Origin: Cyanophyceae cyanobacterium
Lineage (GTDB): Bacteria > Cyanobacteriota > Cyanobacteriia > Cyanobacteriales > Laspinemataceae
Reading direction: 5' to 3'
Assembly: GCA_038321985.1 (NCBI GenBank)
Contig: JBBQFN010000001.1
Location: 256,001-320,000, forward strand
DNA: 64,000 bases
How positions within the stretch are numbered: position 1 is the stretch's first letter; each line of letters begins with the position of its first letter. Position numbers and translations under genes: made by a program. Below the pieces are notes generated by a model, which was not told the DNA's origin, did not search any database, and was given only the letters and a program-made list of their open reading frames with translations. Shown in pieces: positions 30,785 to 40,738 of this stretch.

Positions 30785-31804
30785 TTAAGTTGAGATCGCC
30801 CGATTGCTGGTATTGTCATCAATTTCACCAATTAAAATGGGATTTTTCCCTAGCTGATACGCGGATTTTAGATAACCGGGGTCTAGTTTCATCGTGGGCA
30901 AATCATGGTCTTTTAAAACGGTTTGGATACGATCGCAGGCTTCAGGAAGGTTGTAAAAAGGGATACCGGGAAAGGCGTGATGGATGGCATGATACTGTAA
31001 TCCTCCCATTAACCATCCCATGAGGGGATGGGTAGCTATGTTTCGTCCGGCATAGAGTTGGGTGAGGTGAGGGGTGTTCGATGTTCCCCACAAGCCATAA
31101 TGTTCTAAATGGTCTCGGGTTTGCATGACGAGTCCGATCGCCCGTTCTAAGATAAGCCACAAGAGCAGATAATGCAGCACTTTTCCCTGAAAATAAGCGC
31201 CGGTGAATAACAGAATATGAATGCTTAGACTACCGAGGATATCCCGGATTAATTGTTGGCGCAGTCGCTTAATTTGAGCTTGGAACTGCCATCCTTTCAG
31301 TAAGGTTTTGAGGATGAGTCCGATGCCGCCAAAGATGGTAATATCGATCGCCCATTGGTGCCGAACATAAAACTGCACAACGGGATGAGCTTGTTGATAC
31401 TCTTCTTCAGTCCATTGCACTCGTTCTGGGTCCCGCAAATTGATGCCATTCCAGGCATGATGCCAGGGATGGAGGGTGGCATAAACGCCGTAAGGCCAAA
31501 ATAGGGGCCAACTGATGACGTAGGGAAGCAGGCGATCGCAGGTTTTCCATCCGGTGAGGGTTTGATGGGTCATATCATGAGTGCAAATTAGCCAAAATCC
31601 ACAGAGGAAGCCGCCTAGGGTGGCGCTACTGGCGAAGAGGAGGGGGTTGGAGGTGGTCCAGGCTATCAGGAGGAAGGTGAGGCTAAGGCATCCGAGGATG
31701 ATAAATCTAAGCAGTCCCGGGACTGGATCCATGGACTGTAAGTCAGCGGTGACTTGATGGAGGGATTGGGTTAGAGAATGGGATTGCTGGAGGCGATCGC
31801 TCAT
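30785..31804 (-). CDS. Membrane fatty-acid-desaturase-superfamily protein
   Basis: His boxes HDMTH, HPWHH, HAIHH and TM segments. Confidence 0.88.
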   Translation of the reverse strand: MSDRLQQSHSLTQSLHQVTADLQSMDPVPGLLRFIILGCLSLTFLLIAWTTSNPLLFASSATLGGFLCGFWLICTHDMTHQTLTGWKTCDRLLPYVISWPLFWPYGVYATLHPWHHAWNGINLRDPERVQWTEEEYQQAHPVVQFYVRHQWAIDITIFGGIGLILKTLLKGWQFQAQIKRLRQQLIRDILGSLSIHILLFTGAYFQGKVLHYLLLWLILERAIGLVMQTRDHLEHYGLWGTSNTPHLTQLYAGRNIATHPLMGWLMGGLQYHAIHHAFPGIPFYNLPEACDRIQTVLKDHDLPTMKLDPGYLKSAYQLGKNPILIGEIDDNTSNRAIST

Positions 31805-31860
31805 GTTGGTAGGGGAGTGTTTTTTATTGATGATAAATTAATTGAGTTTGGGGATCCGGA

Positions 31861-31960
31861 AACGCTTGAAGTCGTTAGTACGAAAAAGGGATAACGACTG
31901 TAGAGAAAAGAAATGGGGCGTTTCTACTAACGGGGGGAGAACGACTCAAGTCGTGACACC
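31861..31960. repeat. Cluster of AACGAC..AAGTCGTT palindromic repeats
   Basis: Degenerate copies at 31861, 31892 and 31940. Further copies at 34308-34334 (TAACGACTGAAGTCGTTACTACAAACC) and 37061-37088. Confidence 0.6.
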
Positions 31961-32075
31961 GAAGTTATAGAAATAGCCTTGCTGTGACTAAAAGGGTGGG
32001 GTGATTCCAGATGCGCTCTTGGTGGGTTAAACTGACAGACATAATTGGCAACAACAACTCAGGCAAGGGTTATCT

Positions 32076-34229
32076 GTGTCGGAACCGATGGAAGACTGGG
32101 AATTTCTGATCCAGAAAGAAGGCGATCGCTCGTGGCTTTCCGTAGAATCTCCAGAAGTGGAAATTCTCGAAGGGCGCTATCGAATGGTTGCGCGTTGTAA
32201 CCGGACTAATGTGCCGGTGGAGATTCGGGCGATTTATCAGTCGTCGGAAGAATTTCCGCCGAAGCGTCGGATGCAAAAGCGGGGAACTCGCACTAATGCA
32301 GAAGGTTTGATGGTGGTGATTCCGTTTACTCGTCTCAAACCGGGTTTCTGGGATTTTACCTGCTTTCTGGACCAAACAACTCAGGCTTCGATTCGGGTTG
32401 AGGTGTTATCCATTGATGAGGAGGGGGATAGCAATTTCCCGGGGAGTCTGACGCCGGGTTTCCAGGAGGGAATGGAATCGGACAGGGAAGAAGAATTTTC
32501 GGAAACCGCAGGAGGCGATCGCCTACAAGCAGCAGCCGAAGCAGCAGCCGAAGCAGGGGAAAAGAACCTCCGGAGTGCAGCAGCCTCTCCAGACCCCTCC
32601 CTCCCTGGCAATCTTTATCGATTTCCCGATCGCGTCCCCCCAGTGAGTGAACCCGGGACTGTACCGGGCGCTGTAACAGGAGAAGGGTCGGCTGCCCGTC
32701 CCCTTCCAGCATCCTTGGATTCGGCAAGTCTTGAACCCTTATCCCCCTCGAAATATCCGGCGCAACCTCAAAGTCTGCCGCCGTTGCAACTAATGTTGCA
32801 GCGAGAAACCTATATGGTGAAATGGGGTCAAGTCTTAACCTTAGCGGGGCACATTGAGGCGGTTGATAGGCAGGAGGGCGATCGCATCCCGGGTTTAGAA
32901 TTACGGCTGATCCTGCAAAATCCCCAGACGGGAGCACGGATTGTTGAGGTGGGACATCTCCTGTCTGAGGGGACGCTGCCGATGCAATTTACCTCCCCTG
33001 TGGAAATTCCGGCACAGACAAAAAGCCATCTGCTGCTGGGAGAGGTGAGTTTGTATGATGCCAGGGGGACCAGGTTAGGGGCGCGATCGTTTACGATTAC
33101 GGCGGATTTAGATGACTTACTCGGGGCGATTTCCCCAGACTTGAGTGAGGACAAGCTACTAGAGCATTCCCGGGAATCGATTCATCAGCAGAATGTTGAA
33201 GAAATTGATGCCTCGTTTGAGGAAATTCTGGAAACGATTAAAAAGAGTCAACCGATTTCCTTTGAACCCTCGGGACAGCAGGTATTGCCGCCTCAGATTG
33301 TCAAACCCCAGGGAAAAGTACCCCAAGCCGCCAAACCTCTGGATTTGCCGACTTTTAACCGTTCCCAACCTCCAGAAAAGGAGGTTAAACCGCCGGATCC
33401 GGCGATAGCGGCACCGACAGAACCCCAGACAGAAAGCAGCAGGGCTTCAGGGGTTCCGACGGAATTACCCACGGCACCGGAAACTGAGGCAACTGCCCCT
33501 TCCCCGATGGTGAAACCGGAAGGGGAACGAGCTTCTAAACCGGCTTCGCCGGTGGATCGCGCATTTCAATCTCTGCATTTACAGGATCGATTCTTTTCTC
33601 GTTTGAATTCTTTAGCGGGCGATCGCGATTTGTCCGACTGGCTGAAAATTAGTTTTACTCCGGTTTCTGAGGATTCCGAAGAGAATCCGTTTGAGATGGA
33701 TGAGGTATGGGAGACAGCAGAGGGGAACACCCCAGAAAACCGACAAGGAATGCCTACTCAACCGGAGGATATCGACTGGGAGGCACGAGAAATCGTAGTA
33801 GATGATGAACTCGCTGAAGCGCCGGTTTCCAACCCTAACCCTGGGGCTGAAGGTGCTGCACTCCTACTGTTACCGGAAGATCAGCCTGTTCCTAATCCGC
33901 GCCTGACCCTACCCCGGGGAGAATTGAGCGCAGGGCGCTCGGTCAGGGTGGCGGTACAACTGCCCCAGATGTTACCCCGAATTTATGTGAAATTATGGGT
34001 ACTCGATCGCCAAAGTCGGATGGTTCTTGATGGACCCCACTGGTTAACTCAGTTTTGGCCGACGGGATTCGGAGATGTTGAGGGAACCCGGGAATTAATG
34101 GTCCCTTATGGCAGCTTGCAGGTGCAATTTGAGGCGATCGCGGTTGAAATGCAAACCCAGCGTGAGAGTCATAAAGTCTCGATCGAGCGTCAAATTTCCC
34201 CACCAGGTCCACCCAGTTTGCCCTTATAA
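32076..34229 (+). CDS. Conserved cyanobacterial hypothetical protein with beta-rich domains and Pro/Glu-rich linkers
   Basis: 717-aa ORF; N-terminal WEFLIQKEGDRSW and C-terminal YVKLWVLDRQSR..LDGPHWL domains; 12-bp AAAE duplication at about 32527. Confidence 0.75.
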   Translation: MSEPMEDWEFLIQKEGDRSWLSVESPEVEILEGRYRMVARCNRTNVPVEIRAIYQSSEEFPPKRRMQKRGTRTNAEGLMVVIPFTRLKPGFWDFTCFLDQTTQASIRVEVLSIDEEGDSNFPGSLTPGFQEGMESDREEEFSETAGGDRLQAAAEAAAEAGEKNLRSAAASPDPSLPGNLYRFPDRVPPVSEPGTVPGAVTGEGSAARPLPASLDSASLEPLSPSKYPAQPQSLPPLQLMLQRETYMVKWGQVLTLAGHIEAVDRQEGDRIPGLELRLILQNPQTGARIVEVGHLLSEGTLPMQFTSPVEIPAQTKSHLLLGEVSLYDARGTRLGARSFTITADLDDLLGAISPDLSEDKLLEHSRESIHQQNVEEIDASFEEILETIKKSQPISFEPSGQQVLPPQIVKPQGKVPQAAKPLDLPTFNRSQPPEKEVKPPDPAIAAPTEPQTESSRASGVPTELPTAPETEATAPSPMVKPEGERASKPASPVDRAFQSLHLQDRFFSRLNSLAGDRDLSDWLKISFTPVSEDSEENPFEMDEVWETAEGNTPENRQGMPTQPEDIDWEAREIVVDDELAEAPVSNPNPGAEGAALLLLPEDQPVPNPRLTLPRGELSAGRSVRVAVQLPQMLPRIYVKLWVLDRQSRMVLDGPHWLTQFWPTGFGDVEGTRELMVPYGSLQVQFEAIAVEMQTQRESHKVSIERQISPPGPPSLPL

Positions 34230-34431
34230 ACGGGTTGAAAGGGAAATGATGAGATTTGGGTTGTTGCGATCGCCACCAAAAATCTGCCAATCCTACGAAC
34301 GGGGGAATAACGACTGAAGTCGTTACTACAAACCCGGGGATAACTGTTTTCTCTTTAGTTGGCGCAGGAGAGGCTCGGTTTGTAATAGTTTCACCCTAAA
34401 GGGTGCGGGTTTTTTAGGAATAACTGGAATA

Positions 34432-34466
34432 AAAATACCGCCTGCTATAAAGTGGGCGGCATTTTT
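34432..34466. terminator. Bidirectional terminator-like hairpin between psbJ and the convergent gene
   Basis: AAAATACCGCCTGCT-ataa-AGTGGGCGGCATTTTT. Confidence 0.5.
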
Positions 34467-34549
34467 ATGATTGATGGTTAGAGTTTAGAGTTTAACCTAG
34501 GTTTTTTGTCCAAATCTAGCATCGACTCTTGTACAGATAGGACCGAAGC

Positions 34550-34669
34550 CTACATGGAGGAACCTACTCCAACGTAGGCACCGTAGAAGAACAGACCCAC
34601 AACAGTCAGAACACCCATCCCAGCGATGGTACCGACAATCCATAAAGGAATTCTTGTTTCTCCAGACAT
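34550..34669 (-). CDS. psbJ: Photosystem II protein J
   Basis: Manual translation [39 protein letters not shown]. Confidence 0.96.
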   Translation of the reverse strand: MSGETRIPLWIVGTIAGMGVLTVVGLFFYGAYVGVGSSM

Positions 34670-34738
34670 CAAACTTGCCTCCCCATTAAGAAATTACGGA
34701 TTTGGTTAAATCAACTCAAACTAGACAAACTTTACCAG

Positions 34739-34861
34739 TTAGTTAAAGAAATAACTGGAAAACAGAATTCCGAGAACGAAGACCAGAAGTAAGCCCAAGT
34801 ACAGGGAAGTACGGTTGAGTTCAACAGGCTGTTTGTTTGGATTAGAACTACGGGATGGCAT
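34739..34861 (-). CDS. psbL: Photosystem II protein L
   Basis: Manual translation [40 protein letters not shown]. Confidence 0.97.
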   Translation of the reverse strand: MPSRSSNPNKQPVELNRTSLYLGLLLVFVLGILFSSYFFN

Positions 34862-34876
34862 TGGCTTCTCCTGAAC

Positions 34877-35017
<141 letters not shown>

Positions 35018-35035
35018 CTACCTCCTGAAATTTAT

Positions 35036-35287
35036 TTACTTAATCATCAAATCGTTAATCTGTTGTTTCGCATTAAAGCGATCTTGAACGATCGGCACTT
35101 CCAGCCGTTCTTGGCTGAAATATTCGTTCGGACGAGGGGTGCCAAAAGCATCGTAGGCCAAACCCGTGCTCACAAACAGCCAACCGGCGATAAATAATGC
35201 CGGAATGGTGATGCTGTGAATTACCCAGTAGCGAATGCTGGTAACAATATCGGAAAACGGACGCTCTCCTGTCGATCCTGTAGACAT
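35036..35287 (-). CDS. psbE: Cytochrome b559 alpha subunit
   Basis: [24 protein letters not shown]...[10 protein letters not shown]. Confidence 0.98.
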   Translation of the reverse strand: MSTGSTGERPFSDIVTSIRYWVIHSITIPALFIAGWLFVSTGLAYDAFGTPRPNEYFSQERLEVPIVQDRFNAKQQINDLMIK

Positions 35288-35428
35288 TCAGATTCCTCCT
35301 TAAACAACGCGCGAAAATCTTAATCTATGATACAAAACTTTAGAAACCATCACAAGAGAGTTGGCGGAATAAAATCCTCAACCCTTGCGATCGCCCGGTT
35401 ACCCTAGTTGGATATAAATGGGCTGAAG

Positions 35429-36442
35429 TTAAGCGGGTTGTTGCGCCCCTTCATATTTCAGCAGAATCCCCTGCTGACCGATCGCAAAACCCATGTCTCC
35501 ATTTAGGAATAGGATTTTGTAAAAGTTAGAAGGTACATTTTCCACATCCCGGTCCTTTTCCCAGGTTCTGCCGCCATCGATACTCCGCAGTAAATTGGCA
35601 CTACCGCCACCAATCCACAGTTCATCCGGGGTCCGATACGCTAAATCCAACAGTCCCCAACTTGTGGAAAATTCAGGATAGATCGCTTCGTCCCAGTTTT
35701 CCGGATCCTCGGGAGTGCTAAATTGCAACTGACCACCCCGCGCTAGCATCCACAGGCGACCATCAGCGGTAAATCCCATATTTTGGATGCGTCGGGAACT
35801 ATTGCGATTATGGGGGACCCACGCACTTTGACCCGGTTCCCACATCGAGAAGAAGTTTCCCTTAGCAGAAACGGCGATATATTTACCGTCAGCCGAGCGA
35901 TTGAGATTTCGGATCACTCCGACAGCCTCTTCCACCATTGCCTTCCAGGTTTTTCCGCCGTCTTCCGTGCGATAAATCGCCCCTACATTGGTCGTCATCT
36001 CCGCTGATTTGGAACCGAGAGCGACAATGGTTAAAGGATTACCCGGCAGCTTATCGCTGAGTAGAATTTGTTCCCAAGATTTTCCCGTATCTGTAGTATG
36101 CAGCAAAATTGAAGGCTCACCCACAATCCATCCTTCGGTCCCGGCAAAACTCACCGAGTTCAGACGAGATCGTTGGTCATCCAAACCCAACTGTTTGAGT
36201 TCCCAGGTTTCGCCACCGTCTGCGGTTTCTAGCAGGGTGGCTTCACTGCCGACTAACCATCCATGCTGAAGGTCCTTGGTAAAACTAATATCATTCAGGC
36301 TAGCTTCTGTGGGTAAAGGGACGACCTTCCAAGGGTTGTAACTCACAGATGGAATTTTGCTGCAACTGACACAGAGTAGGACAACCGCAAGCAATGTAAC
36401 AATTCGTTTCAAACTTTTTAAGATGGAGTCCATCACCTTCAC
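35429..36442 (-). CDS. ycf48: Photosystem II assembly factor Ycf48/HCF136
   Basis: BNR repeats (TxDGGxTW), HNRNSSRRIQNMGF, and position between rubA and psbE. Confidence 0.95.
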   Translation of the reverse strand: MKVMDSILKSLKRIVTLLAVVLLCVSCSKIPSVSYNPWKVVPLPTEASLNDISFTKDLQHGWLVGSEATLLETADGGETWELKQLGLDDQRSRLNSVSFAGTEGWIVGEPSILLHTTDTGKSWEQILLSDKLPGNPLTIVALGSKSAEMTTNVGAIYRTEDGGKTWKAMVEEAVGVIRNLNRSADGKYIAVSAKGNFFSMWEPGQSAWVPHNRNSSRRIQNMGFTADGRLWMLARGGQLQFSTPEDPENWDEAIYPEFSTSWGLLDLAYRTPDELWIGGGSANLLRSIDGGRTWEKDRDVENVPSNFYKILFLNGDMGFAIGQQGILLKYEGAQQPA

Positions 36443-36572
36443 AATCTATCTATTTCTCAATCATGAACGGGGGTAACACCCAACGAAATCGGGAGATCGC
36501 CCCAGTAGCTGCTGCGGCTTCTAGCTTGGTGTAAGGGGTTTAGGCGACTCCGTGGGAGTACCTATTGGCTCC

Positions 36573-36908
36573 TTAACGTAAACCATACAAACTCAGAAAA
36601 AAGATGAACCCTAGTGCCAACGCACTAAAAATCAACAGATTCTTTTGTGATCCGCTCAGGGTATTGGCCCCAAACCCGAAACCGTAATTTTCCTTAAATC
36701 CCGAAGCAGTCCCTTTGGGTCCAATGTTGCTAAATTGTGCGGGTTTTGCCCCGCAAACTGGGCAGCGCCAACTCAGGGGGACTTCCGAAAAAGCTGTTTC
36801 AGGAGCAATTTTACGGCCATCGCCCTTCTCAGGTTCATAAACATAGCCGCATGAGCGGCATTCGTACTGATCTAGTTCTTGAGGTTGAACCGCTTCTTCA
36901 GTGTTCAT
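36573..36908 (-). CDS. rubA: Membrane-anchored rubredoxin
   Basis: CRSCGYVY..WRCPVCG plus C-terminal TM helix; conserved synteny with ycf48. Start moved to MNTEEA. Confidence 0.93.
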   Translation of the reverse strand: MNTEEAVQPQELDQYECRSCGYVYEPEKGDGRKIAPETAFSEVPLSWRCPVCGAKPAQFSNIGPKGTASGFKENYGFGFGANTLSGSQKNLLIFSALALGFIFFLSLYGLR

Positions 36909-37214
36909 TGCGCTCAAAGGATGGAAAGGTCGAAACATTAAAACGATGTTAAAGATTATGACATAGAGTGCAGCGCTTTCCATCGGTAACCATTACCGCC
37001 TCTCAAATCTTCGCGATCGCCCTCTAAACTGGCTCCATGCCCCATTCTTTCCGGTTTGGGGTCACAACTTCAGTCGTGACACCAAACCGGAACAAAGAAA
37101 CCTGCCCCTTTGTGGTCTCCACCAGGAGTGAACAGTTCTCTTCGCGGCTGCCTCCATAATTATGTAAAAATGTAAACCAGTCGTACAAATCCTATCTGGC
37201 TAGAGTTACTTATT

Positions 37215-37577
37215 GTGTTTGTCCTTAGCGGCTACGAATATCTCCTGGGTTTCCTGTTAGTTTGCAGTCTAGTCCCGATCCTGGCCCTCAGTACATCGAG
37301 ATTATTAAGACCTAAAGCAACCTCTCCCGAACGGCGAACCACTTATGAATCCGGCGTCGAACCCATTGGCGGAGCATGGATCCAGTTTAATATCCGCTAC
37401 TATATGTTTGCCCTCGTCTTTGTTGTCTTTGATGTTGAGACCGTCTTTCTGTATCCCTGGGCTGTAGCATTCCACCGACTCGGAGTGTTGGCATTTATTG
37501 AAGCCCTCATTTTTATCGCAATCCTCGTGATTGCTCTCGTGTATGCATGGCGTAAAGGAGCCCTAGAATGGTCATGA
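37215..37577 (+). CDS. ndhC: NDH-1 subunit 3
   Basis: [39 protein letters not shown]. Confidence 0.97.
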   Translation: MFVLSGYEYLLGFLLVCSLVPILALSTSRLLRPKATSPERRTTYESGVEPIGGAWIQFNIRYYMFALVFVVFDVETVFLYPWAVAFHRLGVLAFIEALIFIAILVIALVYAWRKGALEWS

Positions 37578-38302
37578 AATCTAATTCAACTCCCTCGAAT
37601 CTGAGTGAAGGACGGCTCATCAACCCCATCGCCAGACCAGAAGTCACTCAAGAACTCTCCGAAAATGTCATCCTCACCACCGTTGATGACCTTTATAACT
37701 GGGCCAGATTGTCTAGTCTGTGGCCCCTAATGTACGGCACTGCCTGCTGTTTCATCGAATTTGCGGCGCTGATCGGTTCCCGCTTTGACTTTGATCGCTT
37801 TGGGTTGGTCCCCCGTTCCAGTCCCCGCCAAGCCGATTTAATTATTACCGCCGGCACAATTACCATGAAATACGCACCGATTTTGGTGCGTCTGTATGAA
37901 CAAATGCCGGAACCTAAATATGTAATCGCTATGGGCGCTTGCACGATTACAGGCGGAATGTTCTCAGCGGATTCGCCGACCGCAGTGCGTGGAGTGGATA
38001 AGCTGATTCCCGTGGATGTCTATATGCCGGGATGTCCTCCGCGTCCCGAAGCCATTATCGATGCGATTATCAAACTTCGCAAGAAAATCGCCAACGATTC
38101 GATGCAGGAACGGGGTCAGATTCAGCAATCCCACCGCTTCTATACTCGCCAGCACAATATGAAGGCGGTTGACCCAATTTTGACGGGGACTTATTTGCAG
38201 TCTGCCACCCGCCAAACGCCACCGAAGGAATTAACGGAGGCGATCGGAATGCCAATACCCCCAGCCCTCAAAGCCAGCCAGAAGGAGGAAAACCGTGCCT
38301 GA
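37568..38302 (+). CDS. ndhK: NDH-1 subunit K
   Basis: [32 protein letters not shown]. Confidence 0.97.
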   Translation: MVMKSNSTPSNLSEGRLINPIARPEVTQELSENVILTTVDDLYNWARLSSLWPLMYGTACCFIEFAALIGSRFDFDRFGLVPRSSPRQADLIITAGTITMKYAPILVRLYEQMPEPKYVIAMGACTITGGMFSADSPTAVRGVDKLIPVDVYMPGCPPRPEAIIDAIIKLRKKIANDSMQERGQIQQSHRFYTRQHNMKAVDPILTGTYLQSATRQTPPKELTEAIGMPIPPALKASQKEENRA

Positions 38303-38819
38303 AAAGAAGAAAGAAAGCCAAGGTTCCGAGGAAAAGCTGGTACCAACGGGTAAAGTTTCTAAGTGGTTGACCGACAATGGCTTTCAACATGAAGCGTTAG
38401 AAGCGGATCATCTCGGAGTAGAAATCCTGAAGGTAGATGCCCAATTTTTGATTCCGTTGTCTACGGCGTTGTATGCTTACGGATTCAATTACCTTCAGTG
38501 TCAGTGCGGTTATGATCCGGGTCCGGGGCAAGAATTAGTGAGTATGTATCACTTAATTAAGGTCTCGGACAATGCCGATCGCCCCGATGAAGTTCGCATC
38601 AAAGTGTTCCTACCCCGGGAAAATCCCAGCGTGCCATCGGTCTATTGGATCTGGAAAGCGGCGGATTTCCAGGAACGGGAAACCTATGATATGTACGGCA
38701 TTGTTTATGAAGGACATCCGAATTTGAAGCGGATTTTGATGCCAGAAGATTGGATCGGCTGGCCGTTACGAAAAGATTATATTTCCCCTGAATTTTACGA
38801 GTTGCAAGAAGCGTACTAA
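38295..38819 (+). CDS. ndhJ: NDH-1 subunit J
   Basis: [33 protein letters not shown]. Confidence 0.97.
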   Translation: MPEKKKESQGSEEKLVPTGKVSKWLTDNGFQHEALEADHLGVEILKVDAQFLIPLSTALYAYGFNYLQCQCGYDPGPGQELVSMYHLIKVSDNADRPDEVRIKVFLPRENPSVPSVYWIWKAADFQERETYDMYGIVYEGHPNLKRILMPEDWIGWPLRKDYISPEFYELQEAY

Positions 38820-38848
38820 ACTTGGGGAAAATTTCCAGGATGAAAATG

Positions 38849-38880
38849 CCCTCCTTTGGAATAAGGAGGGTTTTATTTTT
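38849..38880 (+). terminator. Rho-independent terminator of ndhCKJ
   Basis: CCCTCCTT-tggaat-AAGGAGGG followed by a T-tract. Confidence 0.75.
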
Positions 38881-38976
38881 TGTGGGGTATTTTCCAGGGT
38901 TACTCTAAGGCGATCGGCTTATTCTTGTCCTCTTTATTTTGGATGTCTCTCAAGTAATACGGAATCCGCTGTTCAA

Positions 38977-39107
38977 AGGTCTATAAAACCCCACACTTTG
39001 AGAAAATCGTTGTTTCTTGTAGGGGCGCAATGCGCAGGCCCTCCTACGGCCGCAAGCATTGCGCCCCTACTATAAATAGACTTGGCGCGGCTTGTTTTTA
39101 TAGACCT
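38977..39107. mobile_element. Putative non-autonomous MITE/REPIN-like element with nested inverted repeats
   Basis: Outer 12-bp IR AGGTCTATAAAA/TTTTATAGACCT; inner perfect 15-bp IR GTAGGGGCGCAATGC/GCATTGCGCCCCTAC (39019-39070). Confidence 0.6.
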
Positions 39108-39295
39108 CTCAGTACCGTATTTCGTATAAACGGCGATCGTACAGTAACAGAGAACCCTTTGCCAATCCGTGACGATTTTCAATTCATATTCTAATAAAAT
39201 AAACTCTTTTGTGGGTCAAGAAAACGGCTAGGCTGCGTCAAACTGATATCTGATTAATTAACCCCATAATTTAAGTTATTGACGCGCCATTTTAC

Positions 39296-40213
39296 CTATT
39301 CTTCCCGAATAAAGGGCGCGATCGCCTGGACAAATTCTGCTGTAGATTCATAGGGTAAAACGTTTCGTCCGTTAATTTTTACCCCCTTTCCATTTGGCAA
39401 GGCGTTTAAATAAGCTGCCAGTCGTTCATCGGGGGTTTCCTTTAACCCTTCCCGGCTGATATTAGAGGTATTTTGTCCAATCACAACTAAAGTAGGCTGG
39501 TGAATACTGGCGATCGCACTTTGGTAGTTTTCCCGCCAAAAGCCAGCTAAAAATGCAAATACCGCATGGCGACTCTCCAGATTTGCCGCCCCTTTTTCCA
39601 ACATATTCAGCCAATTCTCATCTACAGAGTTGGGATTTTCAAAGAGTTGTTTAATAGAAAACGACTTCAAAAATTTCCGAGTGCGGGCATATCGATAAAA
39701 TGCCGTTCCCAACGGGGTATCAAATAACAAATTCCAGCGGAGTTTATTTTGTACGGGTGACCCTTCTCGGCTCATAATTTTCCACCCCGGCGGACCGGAT
39801 AATACCAGCTTTTTAATCCATCGAGTTTCCCCTTCCGGTAATTCTTTTTCCAGTTGCACTAATTTAATCGCAACCGGAAATAATGCCCCTTGGGTGACAA
39901 TAATTACAGGCTTTTTAACAACAGTTTTGATAAAATATAAGACTTGTTCAGCCCAATCTTGAGGAGTATAAGTCACCCGAGGCATTTCGCTATCACCACA
40001 TCCGAGCAAATCCGGATTGTAAATAGGGTTAGTTTGTCCCGCTTGATACCACTCTTGGCAAAACCGATACCAAAAATTACCGGATAAACCAACACCGATG
40101 GGATGGATTAAGACTAGGGGGATGTTCTGGTCATCGGGATGATAAACTTGATAGGCAGACTGGTAATTTTTCCAGGTATAAAACTGGGTTTGGGGTGGGG
40201 ATTCAATGGGCAT
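39296..40213 (-). CDS. Alpha/beta-fold hydrolase-like protein
   Basis: LVLIHPIGVG, PDLLGCGDS, PTLVVIG. The nucleophile elbow is non-canonical (TQGA). Confidence 0.8.
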   Translation of the reverse strand: MPIESPPQTQFYTWKNYQSAYQVYHPDDQNIPLVLIHPIGVGLSGNFWYRFCQEWYQAGQTNPIYNPDLLGCGDSEMPRVTYTPQDWAEQVLYFIKTVVKKPVIIVTQGALFPVAIKLVQLEKELPEGETRWIKKLVLSGPPGWKIMSREGSPVQNKLRWNLLFDTPLGTAFYRYARTRKFLKSFSIKQLFENPNSVDENWLNMLEKGAANLESRHAVFAFLAGFWRENYQSAIASIHQPTLVVIGQNTSNISREGLKETPDERLAAYLNALPNGKGVKINGRNVLPYESTAEFVQAIAPFIREE

Positions 40214-40282
40214 ACTATTTTTATAATGCTGAGTTAGGGATTACACAAAGGGGAAAGGACCACGGATGAATTAGGTAGTGCC

Positions 40283-40594
40283 CTAATCTACAGAAACTGC
40301 ATCCACATCAACGGTTTGAGTTTGAGTGGTGGATGAATCCGAATTAACTTCACCTTGGGCATTGTTTGGATTTAAACTTTGCCTCCATTCGGTGAACAGT
40401 TCTGAAATGCCGCCCACAAATAGAAACAGCAGGGCAACATCATCCAGTTGTCCTAAAATAGGGATAAAATCTGGGGAAATATCAATGGGGCTAATCAGAT
40501 AAAACAAACTTGCCCAAATGACAGTCCAGCGATATTTAGGGTTGCGCAGGACACTGCGATATAATGTAGAAATAATGGCGACGGGAAATTTCAT
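40283..40594 (-). CDS. YkvA/DUF1232 family membrane protein
   Basis: YLISPIDISPDFIPILGQLDD. Confidence 0.9.
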   Translation of the reverse strand: MKFPVAIISTLYRSVLRNPKYRWTVIWASLFYLISPIDISPDFIPILGQLDDVALLFLFVGGISELFTEWRQSLNPNNAQGEVNSDSSTTQTQTVDVDAVSVD

Positions 40595-40738
40595 TCACTA
40601 CCTACGTTATAACAATTTTAAGAGGTTAACTTTCTCTGATTATAGACCAAAAGTTGCCCAGTTTGGAGGGAGTGAAGAGTTGGAGGGAGAGGTTTCTCGG
40701 TCCCTTGTCCTTCAACTCTTCACGTTTCACGGATTAGA

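Noticed and set aside
32356..32937. 193-aa antisense ORF and the many other ORFs nested in long genes (e.g. 52290-52817, 55834-56334, 9802-10242)
   Set aside because: They overlap well-supported genes and show no recognisable motifs.
37160..37190. Possible NtcA or HLR1 site upstream of ndhC
   Set aside because: GTA..TAC spacing is N9, and the TTTACA repeats lack the canonical HLR1 spacing.
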